A DNA stretch of 64,000 nt from Trypanosoma brucei. Its lineage: Eukaryota. Every line of letters begins with the position of its first letter. Positions within the stretch are counted from its first letter, which is position 1. Below the pieces are notes generated by a model, which was not told where the DNA came from, did not search any database, and was given only the letters and a program-made list of their open reading frames with translations. The stretch spans positions 4,512,001 to 4,576,000 of the forward strand of contig CH464491.1 of the NCBI GenBank assembly GCA_000002445.1. The letters run 5' to 3'. This document shows positions 51,119-63,800 of the stretch, in pieces. A program made the translations under genes and the position numbers.

Positions 51119-51134
51119 GTATTAAAATATATTA
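51119..51134 (-). promoter_or_regulatory. VSG 3'UTR 16-mer variant (TAATATATTTTAATAC, 14/16)
   Basis: The plus strand reads gtattaaaatatatta, ~70 nt below the VSG N stop. Confidence 0.5.
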
Positions 51135-51204
51135 AATTTTAGAAAGTTACATAAGTTCATAAAACTAAGCAAAACTCCTTCATAATTTCAAAAAATCAAA
51201 ATGC

Positions 51205-52715
51205 TTAGAATGCTACCGAACTCATAAAATCAGCAGCCATACTCAGACCAAATTTCTTCTTGACTAGAAAACTGGAAGAGAGGCATTCTGGTGGGTCAAG
51301 TTTACCTTTGCCGTCAACATAATCTATCCATCCACATACTGCTTTTTCACCCGGTTTTACATCCTTGTTTTCCGCTTCACATGCTTGCTTAGTTTGGTGT
51401 TTACTGCAATCTACCCCGTTACTTGTCTCTCCTGTTGCTGCTGCTGTGTTTTCTGTTCCTTGTTTAGGTTTGCATTCCTTTTTTAGCTGTCGTAGTCGCA
51501 GTGATCTTTTGGGCATTGTGCAGAAGTTTGGTTTTTCGTTACGCACTGCTCCTGTTTGCCTAAACCATTGTAATTACCGTGTTCCCCTTTTGGTGCATTG
51601 AGCTCAGCACTGACAGCTTGTTTGTAAATCGCCCATGTAGTCGTTTGGAGGGTCTGAAGTTGTATTTTTTATGCATGTTCCCGTGCCTGGGCTGCTGCAC
51701 TGTTGCGTAGTTTGTTCGCAGCATCGACTAGTCTGTTTACCCATGGTATGCCGCCGCCGGTGGTTTCCAGCTGCATTTTGTAATTTATGCACATACCTTG
51801 TCCAGAGCTAGTGTCGCAGCCGCCGTCAGTGTGCGGGCGGCCAAATGTTGATGTTGCTGTCCCCGATGCGCTCGCCTTGGCCGCTTGGTTACATAGCAGA
51901 GCTTCGAACGCCGCTACCTTGGTGTCCAATATGCTGGCCGTGATTAGCTTCCTTTTTTTGTCCGTTTTGCAGGCTGTGATTAAAGCGTCGTACGCTGTTT
52001 TTGCACCTGTACGCCTTGACCCCGAGGCAACGCTGGTCGGCGTTAACCCGGCTCGGCATGTGCCGTCACTGTCTTGTGCATCCTGTGGTACGCACAAGCA
52101 AAGTAAGTCTAATGCTACATACTTGCCGACGTCGGCATGACCGGCTGTTGTCCCGCAGTTGTTTCCGACGGTGGTGGCATCTAGCCCGTTGGCGTCGAAT
52201 TCAGTCTCGTCTTTACCGAAAAGAGCGTTTTTAATTAAGGTTTTTGCCTCTGCTGTTGTTTCTTCCGCTTCTTTGTTTGTGGTTCTGTATTCTTGTGCTA
52301 GTTCAGTCGCTTTCGTGAGCAATGTTTTGATGTTTTCATTGGCTGGCGTTCGGACGTTTTTGTTCTTAAGTCTTTGATACTTGACGGTTGGCGGCGTGCC
52401 CTCTGGTTTGTCCAGCTTTGCTAATGTTGCCTTCGACGCCGCGATTTCGGCTTTCTTTTCACCCGCTTTTGCTTCCGTCAGCTCGCCGTCTTTGTGTTGT
52501 ATGTAGCTGTCCGTGGCTGTTGATATGTTTAGCATTGTTATTTCCGCTACCACTGCGTCCGCCGTTGAATTTTCTGTCGTGACAGCTATTGACGAAACAG
52601 AGTCCTTCAGAGCCAGTATGTCGCACAAAACCCTGAATTCTGCGCCGTTGTCATTTTTTGCACTGTAAATTGTGCCACACAGACCTATCAGTGCCAATAT
52701 GAATTTGTAGATCAT
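51205..52715 (-). pseudogene. VSG: VSG (N): type-B-like N-domain (348 aa) and complete C-domain/GPI signal separated by a frameshift
   Basis: ORF 51669..52715 (-) begins MIYKFILALIGLCGTIYSA and carries ...LDLLCLCVPQD.... ORF 51205..51546 (-) reads ...DCSKHQTKQACEAENKDVKPGEKAVCGWIDYVDGKGKLDPPECLSSSFLVKKKFGLSMAADFMSSVAF*. Confidence 0.7.
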
Positions 52716-53146
52716 CAGGTGCTATTACTTCTTTTGTATTCCTTAATTTGTTAAGCATTGAAAGGTATGGAGTTCTGACTGTTTCCTGATTCTGCCTATT
52801 TTTTCAAAAGTTCTGAATTTATTTGACCTCTCTGATGATTGATAACATTATTTATAGTGCTTATAGCTGATGATTTTAAACGATATATGTATTGGTTCTT
52901 CTACTGTCAACAGCTGTCTGGCGGCACTGAGACGGTGGTTCCTTTGTTTGCAGCTGCCACACTTTTTTGATTTAAATAATTCCCCCTTATTAAACGGTTT
53001 ACCACGTACTTCCAGATCCTCAAAATCTTATTCCTTCCGCCTATAGAATATATTTTAATTTTTACAAAATCACTGGTTATAAATTTCTATTTTAAAAGTT
53101 CTTTATACCAAGTAAAATTTCTTACAATCAATTCCACCCCTTCTTG

Positions 53147-53850
53147 TCATGCAATATGCTGCCCAGGAAAATGAATGAATGGCGCCTTTTCGACTTCTCC
53201 ACTATGTGGAATAGAAAAAAATCTCTCCTCGTAATCTAGCTCAATCATTCCTCTCTTCAAAACAAATCTCTGTCCAACAGCTTCTTCTGTAATCGCACTC
53301 CATATTAGCAATGGTTTGTAAATACTCTGCTCTGACCACCATTCCCCACTCCCCTTTAGTAACTCTCCAAATGCATATTCAAACCTTCTAAATGCCCAAA
53401 TTCTGGCTATCAAACCGACACCACTAAGATAAGGCTTTCCACTTGGAGGCGATATTGGTAAGTGGTGTAACTTTTTATCTTTTTTTTCTGCGTCAAACAT
53501 TGACAAACCAGTAGCATCTCTCCACATGATCTTTTACTATATACTCCTCGCTAAATTTTTCCTCATTAGCTGCACTATTCTGTATAAAATATTACACACC
53601 AGTATTATACTTCTGTTCATCAGTAACAATAACATTAGACCCATCTACAGTTATTAAAATATCCTCATCACTTGCATTCTGACTTTCTAAAAATTCCATA
53701 ACTCATCTAGGCATTTTAACATGGCTATACAAACCCCCCATTGTAATTGTAATAATTTCAACATGGCTTAGTTTAGCATTCAATATGGTCTTACACCATT
53801 GTTGAGTTGCATGAGTTTGAACTGCAACCAGAAACAATTTAGTCTTCTTA
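53147..53850 (-). pseudogene. GT31-like subtelomeric pseudogene, copy 3 of 4
   Basis: ORF 53147..53527 (-) reads ...PPSGKPYLSGVGLIARIWAFRRFEYAFGELLKGSGEWWSEQSIYKPLLIWSAITEEAVGQRF.... Upstream pieces (…VAVQTHATQQWCKTILNAKLSHVEIITITMGGLYSHV…) lie in other frames. Confidence 0.45.
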
Positions 53851-54809
53851 GCATCACTCTCTGTTAAAATTCCCGTTGTATCTCCTCAAAGTGATATTAG
53901 GCATGAAAACAATGGGTATAACAGTAGCTGTTATAGAAAAGTTGTGGAGATAAAAAATTTCATTTACTAATATATGTTTAAAATTTGAAAGGGTTATAAT
54001 TAAAATTACTAACTTTAATAAAATTAATCAGTTATATCACTGGGGTTGTGGCAAAAAAAAGATATTTATATATAAGTAATTCCTTCTTATTGTTATGATA
54101 TCTCTGTTTAGTGGTTTATACTTAGTTTCTGCAGCTTATCTTTTAACGGGCATATTGTTCTATTGGTTTGTAAATTAGCTTTACCCATAGGAGCTTCCAT
54201 ATACTACGTGCATTACGCTGTTCGTTGCATTCATATTTCCCTTCCGTGCATTGTTTTAAGAGTTGCAGTAGTTAGGTGAACCGACTATTTCAAATATACT
54301 AATAGTCACAGGTTTCCTGTTATAACACCCCATCGACCATGTTTCACCATAAGACCCTGCCACCTCAGATTTATTAGCAACCGCTGCTGAAGTTAATACC
54401 ATTATCTATGCAGTAGCAGCTATCCACTTTTGGTAGCAGTGTATGGCACAAAATTCTGCTGTGTCATTTCTTCCTGAGTGTCACTTACACTGTCATTTAA
54501 CTCTATTTTTTATTTATCTCGTGTTTTGCACCTTCCTTTGCTGTTAATAGAGCATTGACTCTAATTGGATTCTACATTAAACTCTGTTTTTTCCTCATTG
54601 TCCATTCTATCATATCCTCGTGTTAGAAGTTGCGCATATGGCATACTCATTTCTTTCTCTATTTTTCATCGAATTTTCTTTAATAATATTCCTTTTCAAA
54701 TCTTGCACTCTTACACACCTAATCTGCCTCACTCACTCACTCCCATTACATTCTCATAATTGTTAAAATTTCTTTTATTTTGAGTGTCCATTTAGCCTTC
54801 ACAGATATA

Positions 54810-54890
54810 CTCATTATAACATTAATGTATACACACTCACAACACTCTTCTGTTGTTATTATTATTTCTATCACTCTTGTAGTCATGATA
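54810..54890 (-). repeat. 70-bp repeat element (minus orientation)
   Basis: cattaatgtatacacactcacaacactcttctgttgttattattatttctatcac. Confidence 0.55.
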
Positions 54891-55189
54891 TTCATAAAAT
54901 GGTCAAAATTATCTATATTGGAATAGCGCTCTTTTATCAAACCCTTTCTCCATACTAATATACACCCATAGGCCACAATCATGCAAATGTCCTATATTCT
55001 CTGAATTTAAATTTTTCACCAGTTTTAAAAAGTTTTATAAAAGGAGTTAAAGCTTATCAAATTTTAGGAAATATATCAATCCTCTCAAAGTAGCAAGTTT
55101 CATAAATTTCATAAAATTTACCCAAGATATTTAAAATTCTACAAAAATTAGCCCAGAAAATACCTGAGGAGCAGAAACTCTCAAATTGC

Positions 55190-56700
55190 TAGAAAACGAC
55201 TTTTCATTTTTTTTTTCGGTTTCAGGTTTAGGAAATAATTTTGGGTCTTTTTTCTCATCAAAATCACAACATTTTTCATCTTTTCACGGTTTAGCTGTTG
55301 TATGCTTTTCGTATTCGTCTGCTGTTTTGGTCGAATCTGTTGTCTTGTTTGTTTTGGTGGGATAAAAAGGATTTGCTTGTGTTTTTTTGTTCCTGTTGCT
55401 CAATAAAGTGACGATCAGTGCAATATGTTGTTGCATCTGTAGTGTCTTATGGTGCTGTTATTGCTTTCATTTGTCTGTCACCATTTCAACAAACGGCGGC
55501 TTTGGGTGGTGTCAGTTCGTTAACCGATTTCCCTACTGTGTTTTAAGTTTTTCGGCACTTTCGCCAATTGGTGCCTTTAGTAAATTGTCCACTTTAGTTT
55601 TTGTCGCTCCGCTGTACTTGGTTTGTTCACCTTCTATTGTTTGAGACATCCGCTATTTAAGTCTGTTACTTGCTATTATGGTTGAAATTCTGCGCTGACG
55701 GTGAGTGTAGAAAGGTCTGACATCACCTTTTCTAGTGCCATGATGCTGGAGAGTTCTCTTTTTATTGTTGCTGGCGATGGTATGGCGCAGGTTTCGCTTG
55801 ACGTTGAGTAGTCGGAGCTGCCGTCGGTGGATTTGCGGCTGAGTTTCAAATTTTTTGGTTCGAAGACGCTGCCGTCTACCATAGCTACCTTGGTGGTTTG
55901 TGCTGAGACGCACGCGTGGGTTCGTGATCTTTTGCCTGTGCAGGTGGTACAGCCGCAGACAGTTAGTGGGCTGGTTGTTGCGTCTTTTGCGACAATCGAG
56001 GGTTTGAATGCTATTACAGTTATGGATCTTGTGCCTGCCGGTGATGCATTTGTTTTGGATGCTTCTTGTTACCTGTTTGACTCGCCTTTCATGCAGAAGC
56101 CGTGTTTCGTCGGTGTTACTGCTGGTTTTATCTTGGAGTAGTTTTTGTATTGGTACGCGCTTGATGTTTTAAGGTACTCTGAGTCTTGGATAGCCGCGGT
56201 GGATAGGTCGTGAATTGCTTCTATTTTACCGAAAATTCTGTAAGCGGCCGCTGCCGCTTCGAATATAGTTTGCCTGTGTTAGTTTATTTTTTCCAACAGT
56301 TTACTTGAGTCTGCTGAGATTGCCGGAGCCAGCAGGCATGTTGTTGCCGATCGCGCGCCGTTTTTTTCAGCTTCCAATAGCTGCAGCTTTGCAATTTTGT
56401 CAGTTTCTTGTTGCGCCTGCTTTGATGCTGTTGTTATCATCTGCAGTGCGTTGGCTGCAAGTTCTCTTAGATAATCTGCTGTGTGTCATGGTGCCATAAC
56501 GGTCGGTTTGTTCTGGTGCAGTGCCGAAGATCGCTTTACATTTGTAACGACCAATGTCACTAATAAAAGAGATACAGGTGCCTTAGCATACGATAAAGTT
56601 GCATCTATGCATCCAAAAGAGCTATCTCGTATTTCTGTGATATGTGCTTCCTTCCCGAATGGCATGCTGCGCGTTAGTTTCCTTTTCTTAGTGCTTTTGG
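55190..56700 (-). pseudogene. VSG: VSG (O), heavily degenerate relic
   Basis: Only short ORFs are present (55653..55913, 55676..55882 on the minus strand). Minus-strand translations show a VSG N-domain-like alpha-helical Ala/Lys/Gln-rich sequence with many stops, and a Lys/Asp/Glu/Cys-rich C-domain relic near 55200-55400. Confidence 0.4.
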
Positions 56701-57534
56701 CCGGATATTGTGTCTGAAAGGGGTGAAATGATCACTGCTTCTCTAGAAAGCAGTTATAAGTAAAATAGTATGCCACGTAAAAAACAATATCGGCTTTAAG
56801 ATATTATCTATAGCATTCTACACATATACATATCTGTACGTTCTATTATTTATTGTCGTTGTTTTCTTCTATTGCAGGATGACTGTCTTGTCTGAATGAA
56901 TCTTTGATGACGATATAACACTGTCGGTTCGCACTGCTATCCTGGTTTATTGCCGAAAATTCCCTCTTTTCTTGAAACTGTGGCACTGACTGTGAACTTT
57001 TTCTTTGAAGTTTCTTGATGAGATCCATCAATGGTTTGTCTTTGTATATACTCTTACGAATGAACCGTCACCTGAATTTGTGTGAAAGTTTGCCTCTTAG
57101 ACATTATGGGGGGAAGGAGTATTATTATAAAATTTCTGTACTTAATAAAACTCTTCTTCATGCTTTCATCACAGGTCTCTTATTCTCTTTTTATAATTCT
57201 CCGTTTCTTTTCTTTTGACGTCAGTAACTTCTCCTTTTTATACCACTGTGTACAACATGGCTGCTACATTTCCTATGTAACTGCGCCGCGTCTTTTTGAT
57301 ATTCTTTGTTTACATATTCTTTCCCACGAAACTACATTGGTCATTTCTGCGTTTACTGTTGCGTATATTCCATCTTCATCATCCTCTATTTTTCTACATT
57401 TCCTTTTATAAGAATATTCTTGTACCCACTGTGTCACTAACTTACTTCCATTCCACACCTAACTTTGTTTTAGAACCTTCAAATTCGGTTGTAAATTTAT
57501 TCTCCACCACCGCTTTTATTATAATATTACTATT

Positions 57535-57600
57535 TTTACACCACAACGGAACTCTCCACTATCACTATCATTACTATTAGTGTTATTATGTTAACCCTAA
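57535..57600 (-). repeat. 70-bp repeat element, degenerate (minus orientation)
   Basis: tattataatattactatttttacaccacaacggaactctccactatcactatcattactattag. Confidence 0.4.
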
Positions 57601-57740
57601 CTATTTTTTACAAAACAAACAAAAGCAGAAAAGCACTAATTATTCATACCCTCTCAACCTAATGTTTTACATATATAAACCGTTATTATAAAAAACTTAA
57701 TACTTTAGAATTTTTCACATTTCGCATAGGTTTTACAAGA

Positions 57741-57756
57741 GTGTTAAAATATATCG
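57741..57756 (-). promoter_or_regulatory. VSG 3'UTR 16-mer (CGATATATTTTAACAC, 15/16)
   Basis: The plus strand reads gtgttaaaatatatcg, ~70 nt below the VSG P stop. Confidence 0.65.
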
Positions 57757-57822
57757 AATATTTTAGATTTGTTAAATTCTCTATAAAAATTCACAAAATT
57801 AAGAAAAATTCTTCAATTTTTA

Positions 57823-59256
57823 TCATAGAAGCAAAAATGCAAACAAAAGGGGTGCCTTATGAATGACAAAACAATTGTTTCCTGTGATGATTGTGGTTTT
57901 TCCAACTTTTTCAGCATGACTTTCTGCTTCTTTCGCTGCTTGTTTACCCTTGTCACTCAATACGCATTGCGGTTCTTCTTTTTTTGTCTCGTCATATTTG
58001 CAGTTTTTGTCAGCTTTGCAGGTATCGGCATCTTTTTTTTCGTTGCAAATTTGTTCCCGGGTTTTTGATTTCTTCTTGGTAGTTTCTTGTAACTCCGTCA
58101 GCTGCTTTTGAAGTTTTTCTAGTTGCTGGTCTTTTAGAGCTTCATAATACCCCGTAACCCGTGTTAATTCTTGGAAGCTGTTGATGCTACCTAGTTTTCT
58201 GTCCGAAGCCTCTGGTAAAGCTTCTTTTGCGACCTCTAATTTTTCCACTACATGCCACAACGCTTGGTTAATTTTGCTGCCTGCGTCGCCAAATTCCTGG
58301 GTTTTGAGTTCTGCGCCTTCGCTGTCTTTTTTTTCTTGTGATGCTGCTGCGCGGCTCGCTAGGGTCGACAGTGTTGCAAGTTGTTCCGTACTTTTGTTGC
58401 CCGCGGCTGCACCCGCTTTGCCTTCGATCGCGTTTAGTGTTTGCAGTGCCGTTTTTTCCGTGAAAAGAGCAAGGTGGGTTGCCTCTTGTGCCGTAGAAGG
58501 GTCAAAGGCCTTGGTTTTTAGCCCGTCCTTTTTTAAACCCACTAGGCCGTCCAGGAAATCGATCGTCCTTGTATTGACATGGCCGCTGTGAAAAAGACAG
58601 TCACTTTGCGTGCTTGTTAGTGCACAGGTCTGGTGGTTGGTCGATGTTAGCGCTGTTCCGCTGCGTGGTGCCAGTCTTACGTTTGCTGCTGTTGGCTTCT
58701 TCGCTGGGTTGTGTGGTCGGTCTGCTTTGTAGCGTTCCGTGCACGCCGCATTTAGCTGTGACTTTGTTTTTGCTGTTGACGATGTAGCGTCGCCTGTCCG
58801 AGTGCACGCGCCGTTGGCGCCTGCTGCGCCCGCCTCCGCTCCGATTAGAAGATCCATTACCGCGTCTACACCAGCTGCGACGTAATTTGTTGCTGCCGTG
58901 TACCCCAGAGCCGTTTGACAGTTGTTGACTGTGTCCGTAAATTCCGCTATGCAGTAGTCTATGTACGCGTTGGCCAGGGTCCTCAGCTTGGTTCGTTGTG
59001 TTGCAGTAGACAGTGTTTCGGCATATATCTTGAGTCTTAGTGCCTGGTTGATTCCTACTGAAGCCGCCGCGTCAAGTTCTGATATTAGATGTTTAGCGTA
59101 ACCTTCTGATTTTTTTAGCTCGTCTGATACAGCACACAAAGGATTAAAATCTTCTTCGTGTATGCCCTGACCTGCCGCTGCCTCCGCTTTCTGTATCGCT
59201 GCTCCTGCCACGAGAGAAGCCGCCACAGTTAAGAATATTTGAAGTAAAGAACGCAT
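57823..59256 (-). CDS. VSG: VSG (P), apparently intact, 477 aa
   Basis: A single ORF with a signal peptide (MRSLLQIFLTVAASLVAGAA), an N-domain, and a C-domain reading ...CKADKNCKYDETKKEEPQCVLSDKGKQ...GKTTIITGNNCFVIHKAPLLFAFLLL*. Confidence 0.8.
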   Translation of the reverse strand: MRSLLQIFLTVAASLVAGAAIQKAEAAAGQGIHEEDFNPLCAVSDELKKSEGYAKHLISELDAAASVGINQALRLKIYAETLSTATQRTKLRTLANAYIDYCIAEFTDTVNNCQTALGYTAATNYVAAGVDAVMDLLIGAEAGAAGANGACTRTGDATSSTAKTKSQLNAACTERYKADRPHNPAKKPTAANVRLAPRSGTALTSTNHQTCALTSTQSDCLFHSGHVNTRTIDFLDGLVGLKKDGLKTKAFDPSTAQEATHLALFTEKTALQTLNAIEGKAGAAAGNKSTEQLATLSTLASRAAASQEKKDSEGAELKTQEFGDAGSKINQALWHVVEKLEVAKEALPEASDRKLGSINSFQELTRVTGYYEALKDQQLEKLQKQLTELQETTKKKSKTREQICNEKKDADTCKADKNCKYDETKKEEPQCVLSDKGKQAAKEAESHAEKVGKTTIITGNNCFVIHKAPLLFAFLLL

Positions 59257-60589
59257 CAGTCGCTATTTGCTAGCTTGGTGTGAGTTAGCAAAAAGAGAAA
59301 AGACTGTAGTGATATCTTCGACTGTAGCTGCGCTCCTTTTAAGTATTAACGGATCCAAAAGCCACGGTTGTATGTTTATCACAAATAACATTTATATGAA
59401 GCTTTATGGTCGCCGTGTTACAGACAGAGTCGCTCGAAAAGTGTCGTTTGCAAAGCATAAAAATTTTATGAAACCAACTTTCAAGAAGATGTAAATGTTA
59501 TTTTTCAAGAGCACTGCCACATTATTTTAAATCCGTAACGGTCTGTATCTATTGTATATATACTCCTCCTCCACACGTCCAGTCCTTCACTCCTTTAAAA
59601 ACAGCGTACATTTCTATACCTAAAAGTACAAACTTCATGACTTGTCGGTGATGCTGCTTGGTGGTAATTATATATTACATACGGGTGAAACAACCCGGTA
59701 CAGCTGCTGTTTCTCGCTGGTGCGGTTAGTTTTCCGTTTCTTCTATTTATTATGGCTGACTTGTGGTCTTGATTCAGCTTCCTTTCATGCTGCGACATTT
59801 TAATACCCTACTTTAAATGAGGTTGACTCTTGATCTTTAGATGTGGCATTCGATCACTGAATAGTGTTAACTTCTCCTCTGTACAACAGTATGGAATTAG
59901 TGGAGTTTTGCTTTCAATTCTTTTAACTTCATCAAAATTCTCACTAAGTTTATGTTAGCGAGACTTTAGATTTATTTTACTTCTTTATTCTTTTGCATCC
60001 TCGGTCATTCAATAATAATCATTGTTTTAAATTCTCCTCCCAATAATATAATATTGTTCACCACCAAGTGTTGGTCATTATTATTATATCCTAGAAAAAG
60101 AAGAACTTGGTGTTGCATCAATTTAATAAATCCATCCCTCCCACTTCTACTGTATCTGCTTATATATTTTGTGGTTTTTCACAGCTGAATATTAGGATTC
60201 ACTATCATATTGAAAAATGCAAACTAATATTTCCACTGTAAAAACTATTTTACAGTGAGCTATAGAGAATCATCTTCTTATCATGATGTATTTTTTTGTT
60301 CTTTTGCTATCATGTACTCTTTTTTTATTATTTATTTTCTTTTTTTGTTTTCATATACTGCTTTACTTCCTGCAGCTACATCAGCGATGATATGTGTCCT
60401 GTGCACTGGACTCTGCCTTTCCGTGATTGCTTTCCCCACCTTTTTGTGTATATTTATGACAGTCTTAGTATTTGTATAAAAAACTACGCATATTACATAT
60501 CTTCTCCCCATATCTTACTTCATTTAACATCCCAATTCACTCACTTATTCCCATTAAGCTTCGTCAATTTTTTAACTACCTTTATTTGA

Positions 60590-60660
60590 GTTATGCCTTT
60601 ACTTTCCACTGCTCTTATTATAATATAAGTATATACTCACAACACATTCAACGTTTCATA
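60590..60660 (-). repeat. 70-bp repeat element, short (minus orientation)
   Basis: ctcttattataatataagtatatactcacaacacattcaacg. Confidence 0.4.
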
Positions 60661-60702
60661 TTAGATTAGAATATTAAATATGATATTAAAAAACTTATAC
60701 TG

Positions 60703-61470
60703 TTGTTACTAAATTTAGAGTGTTTATGCTCAATATCTATTCATGAGGACACAAAGGGAAATATAACAGAAAATGAGCCTACGAATCCCAAAGTGTTTCT
60801 GGTTGCAGTTCAAACTCATGCAACTCAAGGATGGTGTAAGACCATATTGAATGCTAAACTAAGCCATGTTGAAATTATTACAATTACAATGGGGGGTTTG
60901 TATAGCCATGTTACGAGACCGACATGAGTTATGGAATTTTTAGAAAGTCAGAATGCAAGTGATGAGGATATTGTTATTCATTTGTATGTATTTGATGTTA
61001 TTGTTAGTGACGGAGAGAATTTTGGGACTACTGTGGAACACTTTTTAAAAAAGACTGCAGAAAATGAAGAGAAGTTTAGTAAAGAGGATATAGTAAAAGA
61101 TCATGTGAAGAGATGCTATTGGGTTCTTTAAAGTCGGTTAAAGGAAAGAAGAGAATAAAGAGTTACCTCATTTACTAAAGCCATCCCCTAGTAGAAAACC
61201 TTATCTTAGTGGTGGTGAATTAATTGCAAGAGTCTGGGAATTTTAGGAATTTGAATATGCATTTGAAGACTTATTGAAAGGGAATGAAGAATTTTTGTCA
61301 GAACAGAGCATCCACAAACCTTTACCAATATGGAGTGCGATTAAAGAAGAAGCTGTTGGACAAAGATTTTTTTGAAGAGAGGAATGATGGAACTAGATGA
61401 TGAGGAGATATTCTCTTATATTCCTAGTAGTTGTTGAGTTGGAAAGGCTACATTTATTTATTTTCCTTAA
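60703..61470 (+). pseudogene. GT31-like subtelomeric pseudogene, copy 4 of 4 (plus strand)
   Basis: ORF 60703..60927 (…KVFLVAVQTHATQGWCKTILNAKLSHVEIITITMGGLYSHVTRP) and ORF 60931..61131 (MEFLESQNASDEDIVIHLYVFDVIVSDGENF…). It then reads ...RKPYLSGGELIARVWEF.EFEYAFEDLLKGNEEFLSEQSIHKPLPIWSAIKEEAVGQRF in another frame. Confidence 0.45.
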
Positions 61471-61851
61471 AAAACCGAATTTTTGGATAGAAAAAGCGAA
61501 ATTTATTGTGAAAAAACTTACTTGTTATGATGAATTGTGGAGGAGACAATTTAGTACAAGAGAGATCGGCATAATTAAAAGTTACGCTGCTGATAGAAGA
61601 AAATGTGTTTTTAAATACACTCAAGGTTGTGGTTATGCGTCTTAATATGATGACTTATTTAAGGCTATAAAGTTTGAAAGAGAACAAGAGGGGAATTCAT
61701 CCCAACTCAGAAATAAAAGACAACGGTGTTAAATACAAACCAAAATGCCAACAGGCTAACACCAATGAGGTACCAAACATTTTCCATAACATGAACACCA
61801 TCGACTACAGCTCTAAATAAAATTCAACTGAAGTAAACAAAAAAAGACGGT

Positions 61852-63403
61852 ATGCAGCTGGAAGCTAAAGCGAAAGCACTTGTAACTGAACTGCGAGGAG
61901 TACTTTCAGTGGCGCCAGCTAGCGCCGTCGTGGCAGCAGGTGAAAATTCCGACGTTTTTTTCAGCCTCTGCAGCCTGATAAGAATAGCGAAACAAACCAT
62001 CAAGGTGCGGCAACACACGAGAGCGAAACTGTGGCTTACACCAAAATGCAGCAACTAAACAGAAGCCTAAGTCCGGCAAGCTGGGGGGGGAGCAAACTTT
62101 GCAAAGAAAGGATCAGACAACAAACGCCCGGACTACGACGAAGATACCGTGACCGTGAAAGAAATCAGGAAGCGCCGCTGGCCTCACTGGAAAGATGCAG
62201 AAGACAAATTAGAACCGAACGACGCGGAAGCTAACAAGCTCAAATCGGCGGGCCTAATAAAGGGATCTGACGAAAGCAAAGAAAGACTGCGCGTCGCGAT
62301 CCAGCCTCTACTAGAAGAGGCTGACAGTATAGTCCACAAGCTGGAGAACCCTACACCCGACCTGGAGATAATAAAACCAGATTCGATCAAAAAGATACTA
62401 ACTGACGCCGCCTTCGGCAGCGGCATAACAGACGCTGAAAAACTTGCAGACAATGTAATCGCGGGTACAACGGCAAACTCAGCAAACAGAGACGACCTTT
62501 GCGGCAAAGCAGCTGCGTCGGCAACAGCTAACACCGCAGCGGCGTTTATGTACTGCATTTGCGCAGCGGAGGGGAGCGAGAACTCAGGAAACCTGAAAAT
62601 CTGCCACAGTCAACAAGCCGACACAGGGATTCGAAAAACAACAATGACTGACAGCGCAACCTGGCTAAAGGCGTTGATAAAACAATGTCCAGAAGGCAGC
62701 CAGGAGGAGCTGGAGCCAGAAAGCCTAGAAGCAGCGGTTAACCAACTGCAGACAAAACTCAAACCAGGGGCTAGCGGTTTGTACTACGGCAAATTCGCGG
62801 CCAACGGATGCACGGGGGAATCCAACAGCGGTGCCTGTGTTTTCAACAAGGACTCAGCGGCCGGGGACATAGGTAAGATAAAGGAATCAGCGTGGATTAC
62901 GCAAATGAAACTAGCAGCAAAACAACTAAGAGCCAACGACAACGCAATACGCAACCGACAGGTCCTCACAGCACGTCTTGAGGAATTGCGCAGACAGGCC
63001 TTCCGCACGCAGGCGCAGCTTACGCTGACAGAAAAAAAAAAGTCAGCAGCAAGGTCGTTTAAAAGCAAGTGGTGCAGACACAAAAACAACATAAACCATC
63101 AAAAACCAATGCGAGGCGATAGAAAAAGCAACACTTTGCAAAGAAAAGGAAGAATGCAAATGGGAAGGCGGTGAAGCGTCTGAGGGAAAACACTGCAAAC
63201 TGAAAGAAAAAAAAGTGGAAAGAGAAACCCAAGCAGGAACAGAAGACAAGAAGGAGGAGAAATGCAAGGGGAAAGGACTGAAAGAGGGCGGAAAAGCTAC
63301 TGCTTGCAAATGGGAGGGTGAAACTTGCAAAGATTCCAGTTTCCCCGTCAATAAGAGATTGCCTCTGATTGTTTCCGCTTTTATAGGTTTGGTAGAATTT
63401 TAG
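61852..63403 (+). pseudogene. VSG: VSG (Q): fragmented N-terminus; 341-aa N-domain ORF; intact C-domain/GPI signal in another frame
   Basis: ORF 62149..63174 carries ...AAAFMYCICAAEGSENSGNLKICHS.... ORF 63215..63403 reads ...[46 protein letters not shown]. The N-terminal ~100 codons are spread over ORFs 61852..62058 and 62031..62234. Confidence 0.7.
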
Positions 63404-63559
63404 AATTCTAAGGATATGTGCTCAATTTCACTCAATTTCTTAAAATTATGAAATTAAAGTAAAATATGTATAATAGTGGTATATGGGTGCAAAGTAATAG
63501 AGTAATAGTGTATGAAAAATAAGTGCTGTTCTAACTTGGTTATTTTTTTTATTTAATGA

Positions 63560-63628
63560 ATGCTGGTTAGGAATATAATTATTATCACTATTATTATTAT
63601 TATGATAATTATGATGATGATGATGATG

Positions 63629-63692
<64 letters not shown>

Positions 63693-63800
63693 GAGGAGAG
63701 TGTTGTGAGTGTGTATATACGAATATTATAATAAGAGCAGTAATGATAATAATAATGATAATTATAGATGAATGTTATGGGTGTGTATCTAGTAATGTTA
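63560..63800 (+). repeat. 70-bp repeat array with (ATG)n/(ATA)n tracts (plus orientation), presumably preceding a VSG beyond the window end
   Basis: …tgatgatgatgatgatgataataataata…aagaggagagtgttgtgagtgtgtatatacgaatattataataagagcagtaatgataataataatgataatt…. Confidence 0.8.

Noticed and set aside
59267-60590. Searched the upstream region of the intact VSG P for a promoter or additional gene
   Set aside because: Only AT-rich, ORF-poor sequence typical of cassette upstream regions. RNA polymerase II/I promoters in trypanosomes are not recognisable by sequence motif here.
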